Source: an uncultured bacterium (GTDB taxonomy: Bacteria > Zixibacteria > MSB-5A5 > CAIYYT01). Taken from it: a stretch of 64,000 nucleotides of DNA. Shown here in pieces: positions 43,589-53,709 of this stretch (position 1 is the first letter of the stretch; the number at the start of each line of letters is the position of its first letter). The stretch spans positions 256,001 through 320,000 of the forward strand of contig CAVSCK010000003.1 in the NCBI GenBank assembly GCA_963726455.1, written 5' to 3'. The notes beneath the pieces are model-generated. The model saw only the letters and a program-made list of their open reading frames with translations, did no database searches and was not told where the DNA came from. The translations under genes and the position numbers were made by a program.

Positions 43589-45475
43589 TCAGAATGCGTA
43601 AAGGATGCTCCAGTGGAAGACGCCGCCATTTGGGTAATTGTTGATATTGGTGCGCCTGCCATAGTCGAGCCGAATCGGCCCCACCGGCGACATCCATTGG
43701 ACACCGAAGCCAAAGGTGACTGCCGGGCTTCGCCATTTGAGGTCGGTAATTTCGGCGACATTGTATCCGGCGTCGACAAAGGTCGAGCCCCAGATTTGCC
43801 AGAACAGCGGTTTACGCAATTCCAGATTCAACACTCCCATCGCTTCGCCGCCCGTCGGCACGCCGTCAATACCGATCGGCCCCAGAGTGTTCTCCACAAA
43901 GCCACGCACCGTGTAGGCGCCGCCCAGATAGAATTTATCTTTGGTCGGTACGCCGAGAGATTTGCCATACTCGGTCACCCATCCGAGTTTCACTCGGGAA
44001 GCGAACACGCCGTCGCGGTCGAATTTGTTATACTTGGACCAACTCCAGACCATTTTGACGAAGGTATTGTCTCCCCCGAGGATGCCGCCGACATAAGTGA
44101 ACTGATACTGCGTGAGCGCTCCCGATGCGGGATTGAACTTGTTAAGCAGCGGCCGCGTGTCCTGATCGAGTTCGAAGACGACGGAGCGGTCAACGTTCAA
44201 ACCCAGTTCGTTTATGTAAAGCCGCGCGGTGGCGGTGTCGACGTCGAAGATTCTGAACTGCTCGTAAGTTCCCGACACCGACAGCCTCGTCCAGAGCGAA
44301 AACTCGCGAATCAGGGTTGCATCCACGCCCACCGTCTGGATGCGGTACTTCTGTACCAGCGAACGCACCGCCGGCTCATAACGGAAGGTCAACAGCAACG
44401 GCATACGTTGTCCGAACACGTACGGTTCAGTGTACCCGAACTCAAAATGCTGTTTGACAAATCCCCAATTGTTGAACGCCTGGAACGATGTTACCGACTG
44501 AATACTCATATTGCGGCCGGTGCCCTTGATATTTCGATTGCCGGCAATACCGGTCAGCGCCCAGAGAAAATCCTTTTCCTGATCCTGTGTCGCACCGGCG
44601 GCGAGATTTAGGTATCGCGGCAGCCGCTCAATGGCGTTCACGCGGAACGGCGGCATCAGACTGTCGGCATGGCTCATCGAGTCCGGCGTGCGCAACGTCG
44701 CGTAGCTGAACAGTCCGGTGCGGATTAAGCGCTGTTCCGATTCAAACAGCTTGTCGCGGCTATACATGTCTCCGCGCTTAAACGCTACCTCGTGCTCGAA
44801 CACACTCCTTTTGGTCGTGACCGTCGAGTCGACAATCAGGTCGCCGAACGCCACGCGATCACCTTTGTCGATCCTAATGTTCACCGCCACCGTGCTGTCT
44901 TGCGGATCCCTGGTGAGTGAATCTGTCTCCCGCGCGTACGGATATCCGGAATTGGCGAAATAGCCCTTAATATCCTGCTGCACGGCTTCGATGGTTGAGT
45001 AGCGCAGATAGTCTCCCGGCTTGTACTTTCGCGCCGATCCCTGCACGGTTTCCAGGTCCTTTCCCAGCACACCGCTGACGCCAACCGTGGAAATCCGGTA
45101 GCGAATTCCTTCCGTGATCCCGATGTATACCTTGACCTGCGTGTAGTCGGTGGAGCCGGCGAAATCGACGTCGACTTTGGCGTCCGGGAATCCCTGATCT
45201 TTGTAGAAGTATTCCAACAGGATTTGGTCGTAATAGAGATCCATTTTGGTGAACCGATGTTTGCGCTTCAGCCTGACCGATTGCCAGAAGCCGTCCTCTT
45301 TGGAATACAGCTTCTTGCGAATCGTGCCCTCGGAGAAATTCTTGTTTCCCGAGATGATTATCTTTTCGATATGAGGACGTTTGGCCAGTAACTTGCGTTT
45401 TTCGGGAGTAAATACCGCGCCCAGAGCGGTCTCGGCACACAGACAGAGAATTAACAGGAGGGCGGCTGGTTTCAC
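43589..45475 (-). CDS. Omp85 family protein (TamA/BamA-like, three POTRA domains)
   Basis: FYLGGAYTVRGF, SPVGPIRLDYG, terminal Phe. Confidence 0.9.
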   Translation of the reverse strand: MKPAALLLILCLCAETALGAVFTPEKRKLLAKRPHIEKIIISGNKNFSEGTIRKKLYSKEDGFWQSVRLKRKHRFTKMDLYYDQILLEYFYKDQGFPDAKVDVDFAGSTDYTQVKVYIGITEGIRYRISTVGVSGVLGKDLETVQGSARKYKPGDYLRYSTIEAVQQDIKGYFANSGYPYARETDSLTRDPQDSTVAVNIRIDKGDRVAFGDLIVDSTVTTKRSVFEHEVAFKRGDMYSRDKLFESEQRLIRTGLFSYATLRTPDSMSHADSLMPPFRVNAIERLPRYLNLAAGATQDQEKDFLWALTGIAGNRNIKGTGRNMSIQSVTSFQAFNNWGFVKQHFEFGYTEPYVFGQRMPLLLTFRYEPAVRSLVQKYRIQTVGVDATLIREFSLWTRLSVSGTYEQFRIFDVDTATARLYINELGLNVDRSVVFELDQDTRPLLNKFNPASGALTQYQFTYVGGILGGDNTFVKMVWSWSKYNKFDRDGVFASRVKLGWVTEYGKSLGVPTKDKFYLGGAYTVRGFVENTLGPIGIDGVPTGGEAMGVLNLELRKPLFWQIWGSTFVDAGYNVAEITDLKWRSPAVTFGFGVQWMSPVGPIRLDYGRRTNINNYPNGGVFHWSILYAF

Positions 45476-48400
45476 TTAAATTCCCATTTCAGATTCAAGT
45501 TTAGATTCCAGAGTTTGTCGCGATTCAGACTTCCCGCCAGGAACAAGTGCCGGCCCAGATGATACTCCGCGCCGTATTCGGCGCTGCCGTCCAGCGACAG
45601 CGAGTTGACATAGGTGTAAACATTGGGCAACGTGTACAAACCGAGCGTGAATTCCGCCCCCGTGACGTTATTCTTGGAGCCGTAAGTTGGATTGATCTCC
45701 ACCTTCTCCACGCCGAAGGTGCGACTCAGTCGTCTGCCAAGCAGATTCCCCAACATGCCGATACCGCCGACCTGAATGCGATTCTGCAGGGCCGTGGTGG
45801 CAAAGGGATCGTTCGCACTGGCGCTGGCCGACTGATTCATCAGGATCAACGTGAGAATATCCTGATCCGAGTAGTTTGATCCCGAAGCCGCGCTAAATTT
45901 CGGGGCCGATAACGTATTGGTGACCACAAGATCAAGTGTATTAGTCGCCGAGCCGCCGACGTTGGCGCCATAGTTGGGCAACTGTGCGCTCGCGGTAATG
46001 GCGAGTGTCGGATCCGGTTGTTTGATATCCTGGTAAATGAGTTGGCTCCCCTCGCCGATCTTGAAGGTTAGGTCTCCCAGGTAGTAACTGCCGCGATTGA
46101 TGTTGATCGTGCCAAGATAGTTGTCCTTTGCATTAAGCCGCTCAACATACAGATCGCCGTCCACGACCATGTTGACGTCGGAGTTCTTTACGATCACCGA
46201 TCCCGGCAGCATGACCAGATGAATTATGTAATCCCACGTCGCTACGGTGTCGGCGGCTTCGATGGCGGTGGATACGGCCTGCGTCGCGAAGTCTTCGTAG
46301 TAAGTTGCCTCTTTGACCGTGACATCACCCGTGATCTTCGGGGGGTTGTCGCCCTTGATTTCCAGATCAGCATCGCAGAGGCCGTAAATGTCGCCCAGGT
46401 CATACTTGATCGGCACGTCGAAACCGACGATATCGATATCGTAGTAGAATGTTTGCAGATTCCGGATCAGGATCGTCCCCGCCGCGCGCAGTGTTCCTTC
46501 CTTGCCTTTGTAGCGTGCCTTGCCCTCAGCCCACTCGATTTTGACCAGCTTGTCCTGCGAGGTCACCTCCGCCTGAAGGTCCTGAATCGGATTTTCCATC
46601 TGATAGATCTTGACCGCGCCATTCTTGAGATTGAAGAAACCCTTGGTCTGCGGCTGATGCGGCGTGCCGTAGACGTCAAGTTGAAGGTCATAGTCTCCCG
46701 AAAGCGACTCGATGTTTTCGTTCAACGAAGACAGGATCGACAGATCGTTACCTGACGATTTGACCGTAAGCTCCATCGGCTGTTGCGGCACGTAAGCAAG
46801 CCCGCTGTCGAGATTCATAATAAAGGGGAACTTACCTGTCGCGGTCGCGCTGCCACCCTTGAAATTCAGAACCAGGTCGTCGAAAGTCACGGTGGAATCC
46901 TCGAAGTGCAGCTTGGCGGCCAGGGTTCCGATTGAATCGCGACCGAACGCCAGATCGGGCACGATCCCTTCCAACTTGACATGTGGAAGCTTCAACTTGC
47001 CGGTCATTTCGCCGTCCATTTTGAGTGTGCCGGTCAGAGCTGAATCAACGCTAAGTTCCTTCAGCCACGGCGCGACCGCAAATGAATCCGTCTCGACCCG
47101 CAGCACGATCGTGCTGTCGTAACCGTAATCGCAATAGATATTCAGAGCGCCCTCATCGCCTCTGATCCGGGCAGTATCAACCACGATGCGATCGACCAGA
47201 AATTCCACGGGAATCGGCGCGGTGTTGTAGTATCGCAACGAATCGAATGTAAACGCGAAATCAGAGACTTGCACCGAGGCCGTCGAGTCAGCCACGATAG
47301 CCACTGCTTTTCCGGCCATTGAATAGCGCGGATCATAAACCACGGCCGTGTCAATCGTAATCACATTCGAGTCGATCTTTACGTCGGCAATAAGACTGTC
47401 GGCAGGCAACGTCCAGACGTCACTACTGAAGGCCTTGAGTTTGACACTCCCTACCCGGCGATACAGGAAACTGCCGATGTCGAAACTTGCCCTGAGACTA
47501 TCGGTCGCCAATCCATAGAAGCTGCACGAGTCGCCGTAGAATTCGCCACGGATGTCGGGATCGCGATTGTTGCCTGTGACGACGAAATTCCCCCGGCCGG
47601 TTCCCGACAATTTCTTGATGAAGAGATCGCCCCAGAAATCCTGCAGTTGCGTGGTGGTAAAGTCACCGGTAAGCCCCATCTCGCCGGTGTAGTCAACTAC
47701 TCCCTCAGTAGTGAAGCGTGAATGCTTGTAGTTGAGACTGAACCCCGGATGGAAATACATATCGGTGGTATTCGCGCTGATGGTACCCTCAAGCGAATCA
47801 TAATTGACGAAATCGAAACTTCCCCTGCCGGCTCGTACGTTAAGATCGATGTTGAAGCTATTCCCGCCCAGTCCCGAACCGCTGATTTGCAGAATGCCGT
47901 TGACCTTCGATTTGAAAGTATTCGGCAGAATCTTATCGAGATTGATGCCCGTCACAGCCAGATCTCCGGAGTAAGTTTCCGGCCGCGCCACCAGATTCAT
48001 CTCGATTGAACCGCTCAGGTCGCCGTCGAACGCCTGCCCTTTCAAGTTGCGAAAATTCAGCACGCCGTTGTCATAGCTGTAGTCGATGTTGACCGGCCCG
48101 ATCAAGCGGTCAAAGAATGATCCGTTGAGATCGGCGTTGCCTCCGAATGTCAGGCCCTTGCCGGCTACTTTGGCGGAGAAGTCGATATCCCCCAGCAGAC
48201 TGAGACCGGTAACATTCGACAGTTCCCACAGGCAGACGCGGCTGTTGGTGAAGGCAAATTTATATGCTCCGGTTGAGTCCAGCGAATAGCCGCCGTCGCC
48301 GAAAATCTTCGACGAATCCGTCACCAGCACCAGTGAATCAACGTTGAGAATCTTGTTGGCCAGGGTCAGATCACAATGCAGAGACCGTATATGAAAATCC

Positions 48401-48990
48401 TGCTCCGGATAATTCAGCAGCACCGTATCAACCGCCGCTTTGATATCTCCCTTGTCGAGCAACAGCGATCCGGCGAGCGAAATGCTGTCCACATAGTATG
48501 CCGACGGAAGCTTGAACCATTGGAACCGCCCGTTGTCGACGCGATAGTGGTCGATAGCGATCCTCAGCGCCGAAGGTTTGCTCTCCTGACCGTTGCCGCC
48601 AAACTCGGGAATCAGGACCGCGCCCGAACTGTCCGACCTTAGCACCAAAGTCGGCTGCTCGATCAAGAGACTGTCGAGGTGCCAGTTGCCGTGCCAGAGG
48701 TTGTTGATATTGTAGTAGGCCTCAATCCGTTTGACGTTGAGCAACCGATACCGATGCGGCGACTTCTCGAAATCCACCCGCACATTGTCGACCGTCAGAT
48801 ATTCGAACAGGGAGCCGCCGATGTTGCCGTATTCGACCTTGACGTTGTATCGCGATTCGATGTACTGCGCCAGCAGCATGTTGATGCCGCGATGCACCAG
48901 CGTCGTCTGCGTGACAACGAATATCGTCACAATCACGGCGCCCAGAACGATCAGGACCAGCGCGATCGGTATATGAAAGATGAACTTCAT
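45472..48990 (-). CDS. TamB/AsmA-like translocation assembly protein
   Basis: 1172 aa, N-terminal anchor, beta-rich repeats, C-terminal DPTLAITA..SDQDILTLI; adjacent to Omp85 gene. Confidence 0.85.
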   Translation of the reverse strand: MKFIFHIPIALVLIVLGAVIVTIFVVTQTTLVHRGINMLLAQYIESRYNVKVEYGNIGGSLFEYLTVDNVRVDFEKSPHRYRLLNVKRIEAYYNINNLWHGNWHLDSLLIEQPTLVLRSDSSGAVLIPEFGGNGQESKPSALRIAIDHYRVDNGRFQWFKLPSAYYVDSISLAGSLLLDKGDIKAAVDTVLLNYPEQDFHIRSLHCDLTLANKILNVDSLVLVTDSSKIFGDGGYSLDSTGAYKFAFTNSRVCLWELSNVTGLSLLGDIDFSAKVAGKGLTFGGNADLNGSFFDRLIGPVNIDYSYDNGVLNFRNLKGQAFDGDLSGSIEMNLVARPETYSGDLAVTGINLDKILPNTFKSKVNGILQISGSGLGGNSFNIDLNVRAGRGSFDFVNYDSLEGTISANTTDMYFHPGFSLNYKHSRFTTEGVVDYTGEMGLTGDFTTTQLQDFWGDLFIKKLSGTGRGNFVVTGNNRDPDIRGEFYGDSCSFYGLATDSLRASFDIGSFLYRRVGSVKLKAFSSDVWTLPADSLIADVKIDSNVITIDTAVVYDPRYSMAGKAVAIVADSTASVQVSDFAFTFDSLRYYNTAPIPVEFLVDRIVVDTARIRGDEGALNIYCDYGYDSTIVLRVETDSFAVAPWLKELSVDSALTGTLKMDGEMTGKLKLPHVKLEGIVPDLAFGRDSIGTLAAKLHFEDSTVTFDDLVLNFKGGSATATGKFPFIMNLDSGLAYVPQQPMELTVKSSGNDLSILSSLNENIESLSGDYDLQLDVYGTPHQPQTKGFFNLKNGAVKIYQMENPIQDLQAEVTSQDKLVKIEWAEGKARYKGKEGTLRAAGTILIRNLQTFYYDIDIVGFDVPIKYDLGDIYGLCDADLEIKGDNPPKITGDVTVKEATYYEDFATQAVSTAIEAADTVATWDYIIHLVMLPGSVIVKNSDVNMVVDGDLYVERLNAKDNYLGTININRGSYYLGDLTFKIGEGSQLIYQDIKQPDPTLAITASAQLPNYGANVGGSATNTLDLVVTNTLSAPKFSAASGSNYSDQDILTLILMNQSASASANDPFATTALQNRIQVGGIGMLGNLLGRRLSRTFGVEKVEINPTYGSKNNVTGAEFTLGLYTLPNVYTYVNSLSLDGSAEYGAEYHLGRHLFLAGSLNRDKLWNLNLNLKWEFK

Positions 48991-49589
48991 TGCCGGTAGA
49001 CCTGCTTCACCGTGTCCTCGACGAGCGCTCGTTGGCCGGCTGTGAGCGGCGTGCTGCTAATCGCCGCTATCACAGTGTCTGCGCTTGCGCCCAAATTCCG
49101 CGCTCCCCGGACATGGCTGTAAAGCTGCACGGGATGGCCCGACAATGCCAGAAACACGATGCTGGCAATTTCCCGCTCAATTCCTGTCGGCCCCGGCCGC
49201 GACAATACTTTACCGTAGCCGTCGCAAATCATCCAATCCGCCAATTCCGGGGACACTTCGCGCATATTCCCTACCAGCCGTTCGAAATTGGGATGGTAGA
49301 CTTTGCGGCAGAGTTGTTCCCCACGGCTGCGGATTTGCTGCATTTCTTCATTAACCCCCGGACGATGCTTCAACTGCAATCCCGATTCCGCCAGCCAGTG
49401 CGAAAACACCTTGGCGGTCTCGATTGCCTGAGCGTACCCAAAGAACAGATGCGACTGCAATAGCACCTCGTAAGCAACTTCGGGCGGCAACGGGTTGGGG
49501 ACAATTTTCGACAACAACACGGGAAGCTTTTCCGGTTTCCCCGGCCCCAGCGCTGCCGCCAATTCGGCTACTGCTTTTATACGTTCCAT
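48987..49589 (-). CDS. Carboxymuconolactone decarboxylase/AhpD-like protein
   Basis: DGYGKVLSRPG..EREI..QLYSHVRGARNLGA. Confidence 0.85.
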   Translation of the reverse strand: MERIKAVAELAAALGPGKPEKLPVLLSKIVPNPLPPEVAYEVLLQSHLFFGYAQAIETAKVFSHWLAESGLQLKHRPGVNEEMQQIRSRGEQLCRKVYHPNFERLVGNMREVSPELADWMICDGYGKVLSRPGPTGIEREIASIVFLALSGHPVQLYSHVRGARNLGASADTVIAAISSTPLTAGQRALVEDTVKQVYRQ

Positions 49590-49855
49590 TATACTAACGT
49601 TTCGCGGGAGGCCTGTCGTTGGCGCCCGGTCGGCGACCAATGTAATCTTTTATCAATTCAGAGGATACAACAAAAATGTCGGCGTTTTGGGCTGGGCTGC
49701 TTCGTAACCTCACGCAGGGGATTTCTGATATGACTCGAATCGGATCATTCAACGGTTCTGGAGGGTACTAACGACCACAAAAATATCGCCCGGCGATCTT
49801 GCAAATTAGCTCTCACAATACCGCAGGGCGATCTGATGGTATCATCTTCAGGTAA

Positions 49856-50590
49856 TCAATAGCTGACAGTTGCCGCGGCGTTCCTCATCAAATTTCTGTT
49901 TGTGCTGTAAACCGGCCGAAAGAACGGCGATCGAATATCGTAATACGAACTGCTCGCATTCACCATGCTTCCTTCGGGAATGATATACTCACGTCCCAGC
50001 CGCTTCAGCGTCTCCACATACAGCGATTCAACTTTGTCTTCCGAAAGCCGCAAGCCCCGAACCTGTGCCAGATTGGTGGCGCGATAATTCGACGCCGAGC
50101 CGGAAACACCGATGATGTTTTCGTAAGTATTCGCCGGCACTCGCTCTCTTACGTGTCGCGCCGCCGGAACAGCATTCGGTTTTGCACTCGCGTTTTGGGA
50201 ATACATCGCGCCGTCTTCCGGAGAATTCGGCAACGTGTTCGACTTCGAAATGAACACAATCGCCAACAGCGCAGCCACCGCTACGGTAGCCACAGTCGAA
50301 ATCCATCCGACGGGGCGCCGCAGCCATGGTATCACCGGACCGGCCAGATAGCTTTCCGTGGGACAACTCTGCTCCGCATAAATGCGATTGAGTAGTTTCA
50401 AATTAAAGTCGTCCGGAACCGCTTTGGTCGGCAATGAGCGCGCGGCTGTCAGTATTTCTTCAAGGATGAATTTTTCGCGTTCGCAGCGTTTGCAATCTCT
50501 TATATGCACCTCCATCTCCCTAAGGGTGTCCGAAGTGAGCGAGCCGTCAGAGTATGTTGAGAGGTAGTATCGTACCTTTCGACAATTCAT
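49856..50590 (-). CDS. Zinc-finger (zf-HC2) anti-sigma factor
   Basis: MNC....LSTY..HIRDCKRC, TM helix. Confidence 0.85.
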   Translation of the reverse strand: MNCRKVRYYLSTYSDGSLTSDTLREMEVHIRDCKRCEREKFILEEILTAARSLPTKAVPDDFNLKLLNRIYAEQSCPTESYLAGPVIPWLRRPVGWISTVATVAVAALLAIVFISKSNTLPNSPEDGAMYSQNASAKPNAVPAARHVRERVPANTYENIIGVSGSASNYRATNLAQVRGLRLSEDKVESLYVETLKRLGREYIIPEGSMVNASSSYYDIRSPFFRPVYSTNRNLMRNAAATVSY

Positions 50591-51146
50591 AGGACTCCTC
50601 CAGCCGCGGTTTGAGACGATTGCGCAATATTGCGCGCGCCCGATTTACCCGCGACTTGACAGTCCCCAGGGGCACTCCCAATACCTGGGCTATCTCTTCA
50701 TAAGAAAGATTGTCGACGTCACGCAGCAAAAAGGCGGTTTTGTATTTCTCGGGTAATCTCTTCATTTCGGTATCCAACAATACCTTGAGATTCGAAGAAG
50801 TATCCTTCTTCTCCTCCTTCGCCGTCAGTTTGTCGGAAAAATCAAATATGTCGAGAAACTTAATCTTCTTCCTGCGACGTAGTTCATTACGGGCCAGATT
50901 GAGGGCGATCGTATAAATCCACGTTGAAAATGCAAACCGGAAATCGTACGACAACTTGTGTTGCCAGACACGCAAAAATGTCTCCTGCAACAGGTCGCTC
51001 GCTTCATCTTCAGACGAAAGCATCCGGTAAAGTACGTTGAACAATCGGTCTTTATATCTATTGACCAATGTGTTGTAGGAGACCATGTCTCCTTCCTGTA
51101 CCCGGCGCATTAGATCCAGATCAGGAAGCGTGTCTCTGTTCAGCAT
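50547..51146 (-). CDS. ECF sigma factor (SigW/RpoE-like)
   Basis: DLLQETFLRVW, FSTWIYTIALN, LSYEEIAQVLGVPLGTVKSRVNRAR. Confidence 0.94.
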   Translation of the reverse strand: MLNRDTLPDLDLMRRVQEGDMVSYNTLVNRYKDRLFNVLYRMLSSEDEASDLLQETFLRVWQHKLSYDFRFAFSTWIYTIALNLARNELRRRKKIKFLDIFDFSDKLTAKEEKKDTSSNLKVLLDTEMKRLPEKYKTAFLLRDVDNLSYEEIAQVLGVPLGTVKSRVNRARAILRNRLKPRLEESYELSKGTILPLNIL

Positions 51147-51482
51147 CGGTATCCTTCCTCAGTCATGTACATTCAGTGTAATTTACAATTAACTACGTAC
51201 AACTGTTCCCTAAATCAAGAAATAAGCTGTCTCCGGAGCACGTCACTCCAACCTCTTGGACGACAAAACCGCTCCAGAACATACGCTTAAAGATATCTAT
51301 ACCGGGACGGTTCCAGTATTCTTTTTTTGGCCCCGACCCATTCAGCCGTTGGCTTTTCGGGCCACTCTGGTTATATTCGTCCGCGATAGTCAAAGTAACC
51401 AGTCCCGGCGTACTAAGACAGGAAGAACAGGGGGACCAGAAGTGTACACCGGCACAATTTCCTATCGGGAGGAATCGGACAA

Positions 51483-52007
51483 GTGAATGTCTCAGAAGCA
51501 ATTGCGAAGCGCAGATCGGTTCGATCATATAAAGACACCCCTATCGAGTCCGACAAGCTCGACCTGATCCTGCAGGCCGCCCGGCTATCCCCGTCGGCGC
51601 GGAACCAGCAAATCTGGAAATTCATCGTGATCCGCAACAAAGATACCCGTGAGAAGCTCGTCCATGCCTGCGATGAGCAAATGAACATTTCTGAGGCGGA
51701 TACCGTTGTTTGCTGCTGCGCCCTGAAATCCGATATGCGTTTGCCTAACGGAGAAACCACTCACACTATGGATTTGGCCGTCGCGGCCTCGTTTATGATG
51801 CTTCAGGCGACCGAATTAGGGCTGGGCAGTTGCTGGGTCGGCAATTTCAACGAGGAAAAGATTAGGAAGCTCCTGCGCATTCCCGAAACCGTCAAGGTCG
51901 TCTGCTTGCTCACTCTCGGCTACCCGCATTTTATGCCACCGGCGTCCGACAGGAAGCCGTTGAGCGAGATTGTCAGTATCGAGAGTTTCGTGCAGCCGCA
52001 CCCGTAA
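51483..52007 (+). CDS. Nitroreductase family protein
   Basis: RRSVRSY, SPSARNQQ, ATELGLGSCWVG. Confidence 0.93.
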   Translation: MNVSEAIAKRRSVRSYKDTPIESDKLDLILQAARLSPSARNQQIWKFIVIRNKDTREKLVHACDEQMNISEADTVVCCCALKSDMRLPNGETTHTMDLAVAASFMMLQATELGLGSCWVGNFNEEKIRKLLRIPETVKVVCLLTLGYPHFMPPASDRKPLSEIVSIESFVQPHP

Positions 52008-52160
52008 CGATTTCGCACAAGGATTGTGCCTAAATACCCACAGTCCGGCAGCATTTTGTTCATTCAGTGGCGCCGAGTCTGCATCACCCAACCGACGCAA
52101 GTAATTTACTTCTGTGTCTGTCTTATAATTAGCACGGATGTTGCTGCCAGCCGACAGCAA

Positions 52161-52176
52161 CGGCACAAAGCTTGCT
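52161..52176 (+). promoter_or_regulatory. Sigma54 -24/-12 promoter
   Basis: CGGCAC-AAAGC-TTGCT, about 110 nt before the ATG at 52287. Confidence 0.65.
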
Positions 52177-52286
52177 TTGCATATCAAGGACCGATGTTCA
52201 CGAACGGCAAGTTATTGTTGACCGGCGCCCGTGCCGGCTTAGATTCAATTCTGGAAACTCTGTGGATTGAATTTGAGGAGGCACGA

Positions 52287-53120
52287 ATGCCGAAAATAGC
52301 ACTGGTATTGATGATTATGACTTTCATGGCCGTCCCGGCTTTTGCACAGACTGACAGCGATCAGCGTCAAGAAGAGGGAGTTAAGAGAATCTACACGTAC
52401 GACGACATGCCACCCCGGCAACTCATCGACTGCCCGACAGCGGCGACTCTGCCCCGGGCGAGTTTCGACATCAGAATCAGAACGCTGTCCAACGGCGGTC
52501 TGGTCGCCCAGACCAATATCGGTTTACATCGCAAATTCATGCTGGGCGTGTCGTACGGTGGTGAGCAGATCCTCGGCGAAGGCAAGGCGCACGGACAAGG
52601 CAACGTCGCATTTCAGGTGAGATATCAGGCCATATCGGAGACGACCGTACTCCCTGCTATTGCCGTTGGTTACGACGGCCAGGGCTACGGGCGGTATTTC
52701 TCCGACTTGAAACGCTTCATGTACAAATCGAAAGGATTCTACCTCGTTGCCTCCAAGGGTTATCAAACCTATCAGTGGTCATCGGGACTGCACGCCGGTG
52801 TCAACTACTCGCTGGAAAACGAAGTCGACAAGGACGATGAGGCCACCTTCTTCTTTGGCGGCGACCTGTCTTTGCAGAACGATCTTTCGATCGTAGCCGA
52901 ATATGACCTGGCACTCAACGACAATAAGTACGACAAGAACAATATCAATCCGGTAACAGAGCACTCGGGCAAGGGTTGGGGATATTTCAACGTCGGTTTG
53001 CGCTGGATATTTTCCGAACGGCTGGAACTCGGAATCGATTTCGAGAACCTGTTCGAAAATCGCGCCGATGTCAACACCTTCACCCGGGGCCTGCGCATAA
53101 CATATCTGGAGTTCTTCTAG
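52287..53120 (+). CDS. Outer-membrane beta-barrel, YjbH-like
   Basis: SD GAGGAGG, signal peptide, LIDCPTAATL, PAIAVGYDGQG, terminal Phe. Confidence 0.75.
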   Translation: MPKIALVLMIMTFMAVPAFAQTDSDQRQEEGVKRIYTYDDMPPRQLIDCPTAATLPRASFDIRIRTLSNGGLVAQTNIGLHRKFMLGVSYGGEQILGEGKAHGQGNVAFQVRYQAISETTVLPAIAVGYDGQGYGRYFSDLKRFMYKSKGFYLVASKGYQTYQWSSGLHAGVNYSLENEVDKDDEATFFFGGDLSLQNDLSIVAEYDLALNDNKYDKNNINPVTEHSGKGWGYFNVGLRWIFSERLELGIDFENLFENRADVNTFTRGLRITYLEFF

Positions 53121-53142
53121 ACTCAGACTGTGAGGTAATCCT

Positions 53143-53700
53143 GTGGTTAAGAAATTGATTATGATTGCGGCAATCCTGTTCGGCGTCATCATTACCACGC
53201 ACGGCTGCTACACGATCATCAAGCATCCGTCGGTGATGCAGGCCGACAACAACAGCGGCGCAGACGAGTCCCACGCCGGCGGGAATCGCGATTGCGTCAG
53301 TTGCCACCAGGATTATCATCAATATCCGTATGGCTACTACTACGGTTATTACCCCGATTATTACTGGAGCAATCAACGCTGGGGTGAATACTACGCCTAC
53401 CCCTGGTGGTGGGACTACTACTATTCCAACGGCGGCAGCAGCTCCGGCAACGTCGAACAAGGCGAGAAGCCGCCGATACGTCGCGGGATGGAACCACCGT
53501 ACGCGCTTCCAGGTCCGCCACCGATTCTGACTGACTCCCTTCCGCCTCCGATCATCAGTCCCGGTCCCTCGACGCCACCGGTCATCATCAATCCGGGTGG
53601 TTCTTCTACCGGCGGAACCGTGACGAATCCCCCCGAACCACCGAAAGAGTCGCCCAAAGTCGAAGACAAGAAACCGCCCAAGCGCCGTGGCGGGAATTGA
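53143..53700 (+). CDS. Lipoprotein with one CxxCH motif and Tyr/Trp-rich and Pro-rich segments
   Basis: Lipobox-like THGC; DCVSCHQ; YPYGYYYGYYPDYYW..YYAYPWWWDYYY. Confidence 0.75.
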   Translation: MVKKLIMIAAILFGVIITTHGCYTIIKHPSVMQADNNSGADESHAGGNRDCVSCHQDYHQYPYGYYYGYYPDYYWSNQRWGEYYAYPWWWDYYYSNGGSSSGNVEQGEKPPIRRGMEPPYALPGPPPILTDSLPPPIISPGPSTPPVIINPGGSSTGGTVTNPPEPPKESPKVEDKKPPKRRGGN

Positions 53701-53709
53701 GGTAAATTC

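Noticed and set aside
43001-44611. 536-aa plus-strand ORF and other long antisense ORFs
   Set aside because: Shadow frames of well-supported opposite-strand genes in GC-rich DNA.
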